Notes: a model not told the origin generated them from the sequence alone. Shown: positions 49,091-59,591, counted from the stretch's first letter. The stretch: 64,000 nucleotides of DNA from Kiritimatiellia bacterium (GCA_045589455.1 JAZNPC010000066.1:127227-191226); one strand, 5' to 3'. Made by a program: numbers and translations.

Positions 49091-50665
49091 ATGAAAGCAT
49101 TACACACAACAACAATATATGAACTTGATAGAGTGACATCCGCTTGGAATCGAAGTGGTGTAACACCTGATAACTTGGCATTGATGAATGATGCTGTTGT
49201 TGGTATTTCTGATTTCATAATAAATCAAATTTCTGCAAAAGATAAATTTCGACACATTATTTGCTGCATAGGTGCTGGGAATAATGGCTTTGATGCTTTG
49301 TGGAGCGGCTGGATATTAGAGCAATCAGGATATACAGTAGATTATTTTGCTATTGCAGAAGAGGAGAAATACTCTTCACAAATGCAAGGATTTATGGGAT
49401 TTCTTGATTCAAAAGGAATCTTTGTCCATTATGCAGACAAGGAGGGGAAGTGCTGGGAAGAACGCCGCCATATGTCTTTCCCCAAAAATCCAATTATTTT
49501 AGATGGTATTCTTGGCATTGGCTTTGATCCAAGCCGTAGCCTTTCCACAGGCACAGCAAAAGCAATTGATTGGATTAATTCGTGGCAGGGTCATGCTCAA
49601 ATTGTAGCGATAGATATTCCTTCTGGTTTACCAGCTAATGTGGCAGGGTCAGATTATAAAGAATTTGTGCAAAAGCATGATGCAAAGATTGTTCATGCAT
49701 CAGCAACTCTTACTATGGGTTGCCCAAAGCTTGTTATGCAAGAGCCTTCTTCTGCTGAGTTTTGTGGCAGTGTGTATGTTATCGATTTAGGTTATCAGCC
49801 GCCAGCTCCATCTTCTCCAATTGATTTTGTGACAGAGGCTGCTGTCCAACCATTTTCTATGATGCAACAACCATGGAATGCACATAAGGGTAGCCTTGGC
49901 CATGTTGCAGTAATTGCTGGCAGTGAAAAATATTCAGGAGCAGCGGCATTGGCTTCTCTTGGGGCATTGCGAGGTGGGGCAGGGCTATGCACCTGCTATA
50001 CATTGCCATGTTGTACTAACCGTGTTGGTGCTGTGGCTCCAGAGCTAATCGTACAATCCGTTACTCAAGAACAAGCAGCTGAATGGAAGCCAAATTTTAT
50101 CGAAGCATTGCTTCCATCTCTTGTTGGTAAGACAATTGTTTGTGGTCCTGGTATGGGTAATACACCGGCTGTGGCAGAGTGTGTGAAGCTGCTTCTTCAA
50201 GCACGCTGCAAGGGGCTTATATTTGATGCAGATGCACTTAATGCCATTGCTTCAAATCCATCTATTTTGCGTGAAGCATCTGTTCCTGTAATAATTACAC
50301 CACATCCTGGTGAGGCTGCTCGCTTGCTCAACTGTAGTGTAGCGGAGGTTGAAGCAGACAGACAGACGGCTGTTAGAAAGCTACGAGAGCTTACTGGTGC
50401 TATAGTAATCCTAAAGGGCGCTCGTACATTGATTTGTGGCAATGAATTACATATGCTAATCAATGGTAATCAAGCTATGGCTACGGGTGGAGGAATGGGG
50501 GATGTTCTTGCGGGACTTTGTGCTGCATATTTTGCTCGTTCTAATGGTGATGCAGAAGGTGCTGCTTGTGCTGCAACGTGGGCTCATGCACACGCTGGTG
50601 ATTTAATGCATTGGTTGAGTCCACATGCACCTGTCCGTGCTAGCGAATTAGCCAATTTAATCTAA
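49091..50665 (+). CDS. nnr: Bifunctional NAD(P)H-hydrate repair enzyme Nnr (NAD(P)HX epimerase / ADP-dependent dehydratase).
   Basis: N-terminal YjeF_N domain (CCIGAGNNGFDA) and a C-terminal carbohydrate-kinase-like domain (HVAVIAGSEKYSGAAALAS...GGMGDVLAG). ATG at 49091 after AGGCGAGGAA. Confidence 0.85.
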   Translation: MKALHTTTIYELDRVTSAWNRSGVTPDNLALMNDAVVGISDFIINQISAKDKFRHIICCIGAGNNGFDALWSGWILEQSGYTVDYFAIAEEEKYSSQMQGFMGFLDSKGIFVHYADKEGKCWEERRHMSFPKNPIILDGILGIGFDPSRSLSTGTAKAIDWINSWQGHAQIVAIDIPSGLPANVAGSDYKEFVQKHDAKIVHASATLTMGCPKLVMQEPSSAEFCGSVYVIDLGYQPPAPSSPIDFVTEAAVQPFSMMQQPWNAHKGSLGHVAVIAGSEKYSGAAALASLGALRGGAGLCTCYTLPCCTNRVGAVAPELIVQSVTQEQAAEWKPNFIEALLPSLVGKTIVCGPGMGNTPAVAECVKLLLQARCKGLIFDADALNAIASNPSILREASVPVIITPHPGEAARLLNCSVAEVEADRQTAVRKLRELTGAIVILKGARTLICGNELHMLINGNQAMATGGGMGDVLAGLCAAYFARSNGDAEGAACAATWAHAHAGDLMHWLSPHAPVRASELANLI

Positions 50666-50678
50666 AGATAAGGTTTTT

Positions 50679-52127
50679 ATGAAAGAAATTAAACTAAATG
50701 AATTTGCAAAGCTGGAATGCTTTGTAGACGAGAGTTCTCAATCCCAAGCTCCTGCACCAGCACTATTGATTCTTCCTGGTGGCGGCTATGGTTGCATCTG
50801 TTACGACACAGAGGGTGGCCCAATGGTAGACCGCTTTACTAAGCTAGGGCTACGCTGCTTTGTTTTGCATTATCGTGTAGGTGAGAATCAAACCTATCCT
50901 GATGCTTTGCGTGATGGAGTGGAGGCAATTCAACTTATCCGTAAAAATGCAGCTGAGTGGGGTGTTATCCCTGAAAATCTTGCTGTAGTTGGTTTTTCTG
51001 CTGGCGGACATCTTGCTGCAGCATTGGGTACTCTTTGCACAAAGCTCCCTCGTGAGCTTCTAACGGATGATGCTTCAACGCCATATATTCCTAATGCAAT
51101 GCTACTTTCATTTGCTGTTCTTTCTGGCTCAGAAATTGGTCATGTTGGCTCTATGAAATCATTCTTCCACACAGAGGAGCTAACAGAAGAGCAAAAAGAG
51201 CTTTTCTCACTAGAGAAGCAAATTACGGACAAGACTCCACCTGCATTTCTTTGGGCAACAGTAGAGGATCAGGTTGTGCCATTTGAAAATTCTTCACGCT
51301 TCCATCTTGCAATGGTTAAAGCAAAGCGTACTGCTGAGCTTCACGTTTACCCAGTTGGCGTTCATGGCATGCAATTTGGCTATGGACGTAATGACATTGT
51401 GCGTTGGCCAGAGCAAGCCGTTACCTTCTTAAAGGATACATGTGGCTTCAAGTTCCCATCAGAAGCACCAAAAAAACGCATTGTGCTTTCATTTGATGAT
51501 GCTGTAGTAAATCATTGTACATTCGTTGCTCCTGTTCTTAAAAAATACGGCTTTAATGCAACCTTCTTCATTAGTGGTTTTGATAAGAAATGGTATGAGG
51601 AGCATAATGCAGAAAATCTCATGACTCCGGAGCAGATTCGTTCACTTCACGAGCAGGGCTTTGAAATCGGCAACCACACTGCCACACATAATATGGGAAC
51701 AAAAGAGGAGTGTGAAAAAGAATTGGATGCAATGACAGAGTATTTGACAAAGGATTGCGGTGTTCCTGTACCAATATCTTTTGCATATCCTGGTGGTCCA
51801 TATTCTGATGAGATGGCAGCAGTTCTAAAGGAGCGTGGCTATAAATATGCTCGCACCTGTGATGAACGCTTCTATCAGCCAGCAACTGATGATCCTTTAA
51901 AGGTCCCTGCATTTAATATTTGCTATCAAACATACTTCGGTTATTTTTCAAGAATAAATAAAAATTTGCCTTCATTAAATTTTGATGAGAATGTTCCTGT
52001 TTTTGTATTCCACGGAATACCAGATGTAGAGCATCCATGGGTAAATATGGATCCATATCATTTTGAGCATTTTATTGCTTTCCTAGCAGGAAATGGCTAT
52101 CAAGGCATTGCTTTTAAGGATTTGTAA
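50679..52127 (+). CDS. Fusion protein: alpha/beta-hydrolase esterase domain plus polysaccharide deacetylase (NodB/CE4-like) domain.
   Basis: The N-terminal half has the GxSxG motif (VGFSAGGH), the oxyanion HGGG-like LPGGGY and D/H residues. The C-terminal half has LSFDDAVVNHCTFVAPVLKKYGFNATFF...H motifs typical of CE4. Confidence 0.8.
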   Translation: MKEIKLNEFAKLECFVDESSQSQAPAPALLILPGGGYGCICYDTEGGPMVDRFTKLGLRCFVLHYRVGENQTYPDALRDGVEAIQLIRKNAAEWGVIPENLAVVGFSAGGHLAAALGTLCTKLPRELLTDDASTPYIPNAMLLSFAVLSGSEIGHVGSMKSFFHTEELTEEQKELFSLEKQITDKTPPAFLWATVEDQVVPFENSSRFHLAMVKAKRTAELHVYPVGVHGMQFGYGRNDIVRWPEQAVTFLKDTCGFKFPSEAPKKRIVLSFDDAVVNHCTFVAPVLKKYGFNATFFISGFDKKWYEEHNAENLMTPEQIRSLHEQGFEIGNHTATHNMGTKEECEKELDAMTEYLTKDCGVPVPISFAYPGGPYSDEMAAVLKERGYKYARTCDERFYQPATDDPLKVPAFNICYQTYFGYFSRINKNLPSLNFDENVPVFVFHGIPDVEHPWVNMDPYHFEHFIAFLAGNGYQGIAFKDL

Positions 52128-52440
52128 ACACGGATGAGCACGGATGGGTGGTTTTCAAGAACACGGATGGACACGGATAGTCACGGATGGGGGCTAGGGT
52201 TGCTTGTGTGGTGGTGTAAAGTGTGGGTTCAAGAACACGGATGGACGCGGATGGACACGGATAGTCACGGATGGGGGCTAGGGTTGCTTGTGTGGGGGCA
52301 ACCCATGTGCTTGTGTGTTGGCTAGGCGTGCGAGGATCAAGAACACGGATGGACACGGATAGTCACGGATGGGTGATGGGGATGCTTGGGTTTATGGGTA
52401 GTTTAATGTCGTGGCATGGTAGGCTCAGCCCTATCATGAA
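52128..52440. repeat. GC-rich repeat block, tandem (c/a)cacggat(a/g)g units plus modules shared with 46000..46680.
   Basis: cacggatgg is repeated more than 12 times. It carries the same gtgtgggggcaacccatgtgcttgtgtg and ggctaggcgtgcgaggat modules as the block 6 kb upstream, in the same orientation. Confidence 0.75.
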
Positions 52441-52478
52441 ATTTTGAATGGTTTTGTAAAAGAGGATGTAAGAATAAG

Positions 52479-53501
52479 ATGAATCCAATGATTTCTACTG
52501 AGCATAAGTTCTTTCTCTTCGGTATGGGCGATAGAGAAAAATTTATCTACATGAATGGTAAGCTCATCCGGGTAGTAGATGGAACAACAGCCTTTGAGTG
52601 GGACGTTGCTAATGAAGAGTTTTTACTTGCAGAATATACAGTAAAGCTTCAGTTGGCATCTGGTGCTAACCTTATTCTCCGAGAGGATGAAACGGGCTTC
52701 TACATTGATGAAAAGTGCATCACAGCTTCTTCTATAAATCTTCCAAGCTTTGCTGGATATAAGTATGCTGAGCAGCTACGCATTTTGCATCAAGAGATAC
52801 TGTTCAATATAAAGGATGGAAAGCCTCTTCCAAATATTTTTGTATATGACAAGCCATGGTATCGTGATGGAGCAATGGTTGGTATGGTGTTAAAGTATAC
52901 CAATAACCTACATCTTATTAAGGATTGGATTCTTGGAATAACTGAGCTCTACGATAGAAACAATAAAGGAAATTGCGAACCAGATAACCTTGGACAGCTA
53001 CTATATTTAATTTCTCTTGTTGCAGATAAGTCTCATCCAATAGTTAGTAAAATCATTGATGAGGCAAAGCGTATTACAGAGGGTGGACTTTTGCGAGGCA
53101 TAACAGATTATTCCAAGCATGAGATTTATTCTTCTCTTTGGCTTGATTATGCATTACAGCAACTAGGTATTGATAACTCATTTATTTGCATTCCTAATGA
53201 ATTTGATAATTATTCACGAATGTTTTGGATGGATAGAACAAAGGTTGAACGCACAACACTTTATGAAAATAAATATAACGAAAAGTATCCTTATCTTTGG
53301 TGGGCAGTAAAGCATTTTGAAAATGAGCCAATTGATGAAGAGTATCTTCAAATTACTTATCCAATGAGTTGGGAAATTTGTGCTAGCGAAGCTAATTATG
53401 AAGGAAGCCGAATTATTTCCGATAAATATGTAGAGAATAGGGTTGGTGCACCACACACGTGGCACGCTGCAGAAATGTTTCTCTACCTCATCGAAAAATA
53501 A
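52479..53501 (+). CDS. Hypothetical protein (340 aa).
   Basis: Clean ORF with no recognisable family. Confidence 0.55.
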   Translation: MNPMISTEHKFFLFGMGDREKFIYMNGKLIRVVDGTTAFEWDVANEEFLLAEYTVKLQLASGANLILREDETGFYIDEKCITASSINLPSFAGYKYAEQLRILHQEILFNIKDGKPLPNIFVYDKPWYRDGAMVGMVLKYTNNLHLIKDWILGITELYDRNNKGNCEPDNLGQLLYLISLVADKSHPIVSKIIDEAKRITEGGLLRGITDYSKHEIYSSLWLDYALQQLGIDNSFICIPNEFDNYSRMFWMDRTKVERTTLYENKYNEKYPYLWWAVKHFENEPIDEEYLQITYPMSWEICASEANYEGSRIISDKYVENRVGAPHTWHAAEMFLYLIEK

Positions 53502-53504
53502 AAA

Positions 53505-54420
53505 ATCCCTCATGCAGAGTGGATGCACATACACGGATGTGAGATTTGTCGCTAGCGCTCAAGCCTTCGGCGAAACACGGAGCACACGTAGTGTGATTTT
53601 CCTGAGAACGGAGGCACGGAGAGGATGCTAGTGGTATGGAGAAGCGACTTCTAGTCGCTTTGCGTGCGGTAGCACGCTTTAAAAGTGCGAAAAAGGGACG
53701 CAGAGACGCAAAGGACGCAGAGGACGCAGAGGACGCAGAGGACGCAGGGCTTGCGTGATGGCTTGTATGGTGGTATCGATGATAACACTACCGCTTGTCG
53801 GTGCCTTGTTTTGCTCCTGTTGTTGCAAAGGCAACTTCCAAGCGCTAGTGTGTTCGCCCACAAGAATGCAAAGACGCGGAGCTTATGCACGTGATGGCTA
53901 AAAGTGCGAAGAAGAGACGTTAGACGCGAGACGGTTAAACGACGTTAGACGTGAAAATGGAGAAAAACCAATTAACTCTACCTAAATTCTTCATTTTTCA
54001 TTCTTCATTCTTCATTTATTATAATGCGTTGCCTCCGCATCTTAATAGGCTTCTAGGCGAGGACACTAGTGGATGAGATTTGCCAAATTGCTTCGATAGA
54101 TAAAGCAATAGCCAAGGCAAAGTTCATTCCGCTAGTGTATTTGTTGCGTCACGGCTCTGCGACCTCTGCGACCTCCGCGTCTCTGCGTCCCTTTGGCGTC
54201 ACGTGCATCACGGTACACGGATTTGACGCTCCCGCTGTAGCCTTCGGCGAAACGCGGAGAATAAAGAGAACGGAGACACGGAGGGGTTCTGGGGGTTATT
54301 GTTGATGGTTGCTAGCATAGTTCTCCCTTGTCCTCCGTGAAAACCACACTATGTGTGTCCGTGTTAGGCGAAAGCAATATGTGCGAAAAAGGGACGCAGA
54401 AACGCTAAGAACGCTGAGTG
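53505..54420. repeat. GC-rich modular repeat cluster upstream of the giant BspA gene.
   Basis: Module C (gccttcggcgaaacacggagcacacgtagtgtgattttcctgagaacggag) recurs at ~59738-59800. A gacgcagag tandem run (53690-53750) is the reverse complement of the ctctgcgtc module at 34481-34500. The aattaactctacctaaattcttcatt...tattataatgc module recurs at ~60156-60230. A ~170-nt module (54231-54400) recurs at 59938-60110. Confidence 0.75.
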
Positions 54421-54953
54421 AGCATGGCTTGCGGTAAGCGAAATCCGGATAAATACCGATTGGCTTTCCGGGGTCTCATAAAGAGTGCGTCATGTGCGTG
54501 GCGTAAGTGTCTTTATCCATGCAAATTGCGTTATACAATTTTACCATATTATTAGGGTTTAAATCATTGATTTAGAGCGAAAAAAATCATATAATATGGG
54601 CATATCTTTTAAATAGAATGATTTGTTTTTCTTTTTTAGAGATATATTACATAGGTATGCAATGAAAGTTACATACTGTTGAACTAATCGCTTTTGAATG
54701 TAAAAGATTCAAAAGGAATAGTGTTAGTACGCAAGCTTGCGTATTTAGCTTTGATTGAAAATCGCCAATTTCCCATCTAACTAAGCTGAATATGTAAGGT
54801 GCGCTACGTGGTATTTTCCCGCGTGGCGTGTCTTCTTTTCATGTTTAGTTAGAGGCGTTTGGCGATGCCCCAATCAGAATATGAAAATTATGGCACGCCA
54901 CGTCTTTTTTGTGCAAGACGCTTCGTGTCCAATAAATGCACAAAAGGTATTAT

Positions 54954-57900
54954 ATGAAAAAGTTATTGTTGGGTTTTATAGTTGCAGTTACTGCGATTCC
55001 ATTGTTTTCAGACATTGCCATTATTGATGGTATGATGTGTCACTATCAAGTAAATGATGGCCAAGCTAGTATTTATAATGGTGGTTGGAGTTCTGCAATA
55101 CCATCTACAACTAAAGGGTCAATAACAATCCCATCAACCATTGGTGGTTATCCAGTAACTAGCATTGGAGATAGGGCGTTTTCTGGTTGCAGTGGTCTTA
55201 CGAGCATAACGATACCCGATAGCGTGACGAGCATCGGAAGTTGGGCGTTTGAGGATTGCAGTGGTCTTACGAGCATAACGATACCCGATAGCGTGACGAG
55301 CATTAGGGTTGGTGCGTTTTCTGGTTGCAATAACATTAAATCTGTGACTGTGGGTCAGTATATATGTAGCAAAGGATTAGATGTATTTCCATCCTATCAA
55401 TCAATAATAAATGTTGTTATTTCGGATGGTGTAACGAGCATCGAAAGTTGGGCGTATGAGGATTGCAGTGGTCTTACGAGCATAACGATACCCGACAGCG
55501 TGACGAGCATTGGATCTGGTGCGTTTTCGGGTTGCAGTGATTTACTATATGATACCACAACAATACAAGGTGTGAAGCTTGTTGATGATTGGGTTGTTGG
55601 TTATACGGATTCTTGTCCATCAGTTCTTGATTTAACAGATATAAGAGGAATTGGAGATCGCGCGTTTTCAGGTTGCATAGGACTTACAAGTATTACAATT
55701 CCAGATAGCGTGACTAGCATTGGCAATTCTGCGTTTGTGAATTGCAGTGGTCTTACGAGCATAACGATACCAGATAGCGTAACGAGCATTGGCTCTTCTG
55801 CGTTCCAAAATTGCAGTGGTCTCACCAGCATAACGATTCCAGATAGCGTAACTAGCATTGGCTCTTCTGCGTTCCAAAATTGCAGTGGTCTCACGAGCAT
55901 AACGATACCAGATAGCGTGACGAATATTGGCTCTTCTGCGTTCCAAAATTGCAGTGGTCTCACAAGCATAACGATTCCAGATAGCGTAACTAGCATTGGC
56001 TATTCTGCGTTTTGTTATTGCGATGGTCTAACAAGCATAACAATACCGAATAGCGTGACGAGCATCGGAAGTTGGGCGTTTTCAGGTTGCATAGGACTTA
56101 CAAGTATTACAATTCCAGATAGCGTGACGAGCATTGGCAATTCTGCGTTTTCTTATTGCGATGGTCTAACAAGCATAACAATACCGAATAGTGTGACGAG
56201 CATTGGCTCTTCTGCGTTCCAAAATTGCAGTGGTCTCACAAGCATAACGATTCCAGATAGCGTGACGAGCATTGGAGATAATGCGTTTGATGGGTGCAGT
56301 GGTCTCACGAGCATAACGATTCCAGATAGCGTGACGAGCATTGGATGGGATGCGTTTGTAGATTGCAGTGGCCTTACCAATTTTATAGTAGATTCCAATA
56401 ATCCCAACTATAAGTCAGTTAATAGTTTGCTACTTTCCAAAGATGGTAAATCTCTTATTGCGGGTATAAATGGTAATGTCGTAATTCCTAATAGCGTGAC
56501 TAGTATTGGCAATAGTGCGTTTGAGGATTGCAGTGGTCTCACGAGCATAACGATACCCGATAGCGTGACGAGCATTGGAGATAATGCGTTTGATGGGTGC
56601 AGTGGTCTCACGAGCATAACAATTCCCGATGGCGTGACTAGTATTGGCAATAGTGCGTTTGAGGATTGCAGTGGCCTTACGAGCGTCACGATACCTAATG
56701 GCGTGACGAGCATTGGCGATTATGCGTTTGAAGGTTGCAATGATTTTATATATGATACCACAACAATACAAGGTGTGGAGCTTGTTGATGGTTGGGTTGT
56801 TGGTTATACGGATTCTTGTCCATCAGTTCTTGATTTAACAGGTGTAAGAGGAATTGCCGATACTGCGTTTTATGATTGCAGTGGTCTAACAAGCATAACT
56901 ATACCCAACAGCGTGACGAGCATTGGGTATAGTGTGTTTACTGGTTGCAGTGGCCTTACGAGCATAACAATACCTGATAGCGTGACGAGCATTGGCGATT
57001 ATGCGTTTGAAGGTTGCAGTGGTCTTACGAGCATAACGATACCCGATAGCGTGACGAGCATTGGAGATGGTGCGTTTGGTGGTTGCAGTGGTCTTACGAG
57101 CATAACAATCCCAGATAGCGTGACGAGCATTGGAGATGATGCGTTTGGTGGTTGCAGTGGTCTAACAAGCATAACAATCCCAGATAGCGTGACGAGCATT
57201 GGAGATGATGCGTTTAGGGGTTGCAGTGGTCTAACGAGCGTGACGATCCCCGATAGCGTTACGAGCATTGGATGGGATGCGTTTTGGGGGTGTGATAATA
57301 TCAAGACTGTAACTGTAGGTCAGTATATATGCAGTAATGGTATATTTTCGTCGCATCAATCAATCACTAATGTTGTGATTTTAGATGGCGTAACTAGCAT
57401 TGGAGATGAGGCGTTTAGGGGTTGCAGTGGTCTAACAAGCATAACAATCCCAGATAGCGTGACGAGCATTGGGGATGAGGCGTTTGCTTGGTGCGATGGT
57501 CTTACGAGCGTGACGATCCCCGATAGTGTTACGAGCATTGGCAGATGGGCGTTTGAGTATTGCGATGGTCTTACGAGCTTGACGATAGGAAATAGCGTAA
57601 CAAGCATTGGAAGAGGTGCGTTTGAGTATTGCTATGGTCTTACAAGCATTACCATTCCTAATAGCATAACAAACATGTACATATATGAATTTGAGCATTG
57701 CGATAAAATCAAGAATTTAATAATAGGGCAATATATATGTACAAATGACATTTATCGTATGTTTCCTGAGTCATTTTCAATAATAGAAAATATTGAAATT
57801 TTAGATGGTGTAACGAGTATAGGTGATTGGACATTTCAAGGATGTTCTAGCATTACAAGTATAACAATTCCTGATAGCGTAACGAGCATTGGTAGAGCTC

Positions 57901-59591
57901 CGTTTTATCGAAGTGGTCTGACATCATTTTCCGTATCACCAGGCAATTTAAACTATAAATCAGAAAATGGGCTTTTATTGACTAAAGACGGAACAACACT
58001 TATCGCAGGAATAAATGGGATTGTTGTGATTCCCGATGGTGTGACGAATATTGGCGATTATGCGTTTTATGGTTGCACTGGTCTAACAAGTATAACGATA
58101 CCGAATAGCGTGACGAGCATTGGCGATTATGCGTTTCGTTATTGCAGTGGTCTTACGAGCATAACAATACCCGATAGCGTGACGAGCATTGGAAGTAGGG
58201 CGTTTGAAGGTTGCAATGATTTTCTATATGATACCACAACAATACAAGGAGTGAAACTAGTTGATGGATGGGTTGTTGGTCATACGGATTCTTGTCCATC
58301 AGTTCTTGATTTAGCAGGTGTAAGAGGAATTGGCGGTAGTGCGTTTTCTGGTTGCAGTGGCCTTACGAGCATAACGATACCCGATAGCGTGACGAGCATT
58401 GGAGATAATGCGTTTGATGGTTGCAGTAGTCTTACAAGCATAACGATACCCGATAGCGTGACGAGCATTGGAGATGGGGCGTTTTCTGGTAGCCGTAGTC
58501 TTACCCTGTTTATAGTAGATTCCAATAATCCAAGCTATAAGTCTGTTAATGGATTATTACTTTCAAAAGATGGTAAAACTCTTATTGCTGGAGTAAAAGG
58601 TGATGTCACTATACCGAATAGCGTTACGAGCATTGGCTCTTCTGCGTTTGGAGGTTGCAGTGGTCTAACAAGCGTAATAATTCCAGATAGCGTTACGAGC
58701 ATTGGAGATAATGCGTTTTTTGATTGCTATGGACTTACGAGCATAACCATTCCAGATAGCGTGACGAGCATTGGAAGTTATGCGTTTTATTGGTGCAGGG
58801 GTCTCACAAGCATAACGATTCCAGATAGCGTAACGAGCATTGGAAGTTATGCGTTTTATTGGTGCTATAACTTAAAATCTGCAATTTTCCTTGGGGATGC
58901 ACCAAGGAATATCGGAGATTATATTTTTGATGATTGTGCCGATGATTTTACAATCAAGGTTAAGAAAGGCACTAAGGGCTGGAATGGCGATCCAAATTCA
59001 ACGGAATTACCAGAAACTTGGTATGGCTATCCTATTGAATATGCAACTGAGGATGATTTATACCCAGTACTTGATGCTAATGCAACAGCTGAGGATGTAG
59101 CAAATGCTTTGTCTGGCTCAGTGGATGAAAACCTAGCTAAAAACATTACAAGCGTTGAGATGTACAATAACTATCGTGAATGGGCATTGTCTGTAAAGGC
59201 TCCTACAGGTGATGATGCAGCTGGCGTTGAGGCTGTTATGGCATCAACTACAGCTTGGATGTCCTTCGCTCTTGACCAGTCACGGCTTATTGCTAATGAG
59301 CCAGTTGAGGGTGATGTTGCTATCGCATCATTGGATGCAGTTGCAGCTGATGGCTCCTTTGAGTTTACTGTAAATATCAATCAAATTGATGTTGGTGATG
59401 GGGCAGTGGAAGAAAATCTGAAAAAGCTCTTCAAAATTGAAGGTGCAACATCACTCGGAAATGATGCGAACTTCTCAAGCGAAAATGTTGAAATTGAGCT
59501 TGCAGAGCCAGTTAATGGTGATGTTAAATTCAAGATATTACCTAAGAATTCGCCAGATTCCTTCTTTATAAGAGCAAAACTCTTGAAATAA
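54954..59591 (+). CDS. Giant BspA-type LRR (LRR_5) surface protein (~1545 aa).
   Basis: Signal peptide MKKLLLGFIVAVTAIPLFS; the start at 54954 has a better ribosome-binding site than 54936. It has ~50 copies of IPDSVTSIGxxAFxGCSGLTSITIP. Three copies of a non-LRR insert (DFxYDTTTIQGVxLVDGWVVGxTDSCPSVLDL) and two of VTVGQYICS are present. The C-terminal ~200 aa are non-repetitive. Confidence 0.9.
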   Translation: MKKLLLGFIVAVTAIPLFSDIAIIDGMMCHYQVNDGQASIYNGGWSSAIPSTTKGSITIPSTIGGYPVTSIGDRAFSGCSGLTSITIPDSVTSIGSWAFEDCSGLTSITIPDSVTSIRVGAFSGCNNIKSVTVGQYICSKGLDVFPSYQSIINVVISDGVTSIESWAYEDCSGLTSITIPDSVTSIGSGAFSGCSDLLYDTTTIQGVKLVDDWVVGYTDSCPSVLDLTDIRGIGDRAFSGCIGLTSITIPDSVTSIGNSAFVNCSGLTSITIPDSVTSIGSSAFQNCSGLTSITIPDSVTSIGSSAFQNCSGLTSITIPDSVTNIGSSAFQNCSGLTSITIPDSVTSIGYSAFCYCDGLTSITIPNSVTSIGSWAFSGCIGLTSITIPDSVTSIGNSAFSYCDGLTSITIPNSVTSIGSSAFQNCSGLTSITIPDSVTSIGDNAFDGCSGLTSITIPDSVTSIGWDAFVDCSGLTNFIVDSNNPNYKSVNSLLLSKDGKSLIAGINGNVVIPNSVTSIGNSAFEDCSGLTSITIPDSVTSIGDNAFDGCSGLTSITIPDGVTSIGNSAFEDCSGLTSVTIPNGVTSIGDYAFEGCNDFIYDTTTIQGVELVDGWVVGYTDSCPSVLDLTGVRGIADTAFYDCSGLTSITIPNSVTSIGYSVFTGCSGLTSITIPDSVTSIGDYAFEGCSGLTSITIPDSVTSIGDGAFGGCSGLTSITIPDSVTSIGDDAFGGCSGLTSITIPDSVTSIGDDAFRGCSGLTSVTIPDSVTSIGWDAFWGCDNIKTVTVGQYICSNGIFSSHQSITNVVILDGVTSIGDEAFRGCSGLTSITIPDSVTSIGDEAFAWCDGLTSVTIPDSVTSIGRWAFEYCDGLTSLTIGNSVTSIGRGAFEYCYGLTSITIPNSITNMYIYEFEHCDKIKNLIIGQYICTNDIYRMFPESFSIIENIEILDGVTSIGDWTFQGCSSITSITIPDSVTSIGRAPFYRSGLTSFSVSPGNLNYKSENGLLLTKDGTTLIAGINGIVVIPDGVTNIGDYAFYGCTGLTSITIPNSVTSIGDYAFRYCSGLTSITIPDSVTSIGSRAFEGCNDFLYDTTTIQGVKLVDGWVVGHTDSCPSVLDLAGVRGIGGSAFSGCSGLTSITIPDSVTSIGDNAFDGCSSLTSITIPDSVTSIGDGAFSGSRSLTLFIVDSNNPSYKSVNGLLLSKDGKTLIAGVKGDVTIPNSVTSIGSSAFGGCSGLTSVIIPDSVTSIGDNAFFDCYGLTSITIPDSVTSIGSYAFYWCRGLTSITIPDSVTSIGSYAFYWCYNLKSAIFLGDAPRNIGDYIFDDCADDFTIKVKKGTKGWNGDPNSTELPETWYGYPIEYATEDDLYPVLDANATAEDVANALSGSVDENLAKNITSVEMYNNYREWALSVKAPTGDDAAGVEAVMASTTAWMSFALDQSRLIANEPVEGDVAIASLDAVAADGSFEFTVNINQIDVGDGAVEENLKKLFKIEGATSLGNDANFSSENVEIELAEPVNGDVKFKILPKNSPDSFFIRAKLLK

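Noticed and set aside
53651-54305. ORFs 53651-53890 (-), 53685-53894 (+), 54069-54305 (+)
   Set aside because: They are translations of the (gacgcagag)n and related GC-rich repeats (QRTQRTQRT..., PLRPLRPLRPL...). They have no ribosome-binding sites and overlap one another.
55148-58525. Numerous 60-130-aa minus-strand ORFs inside the giant BspA gene
   Set aside because: They are antisense read-throughs of the highly repetitive LRR DNA (repeating MLVTLSGIVMLVRPLQ...). This is a typical artefact of repeat-rich genes.
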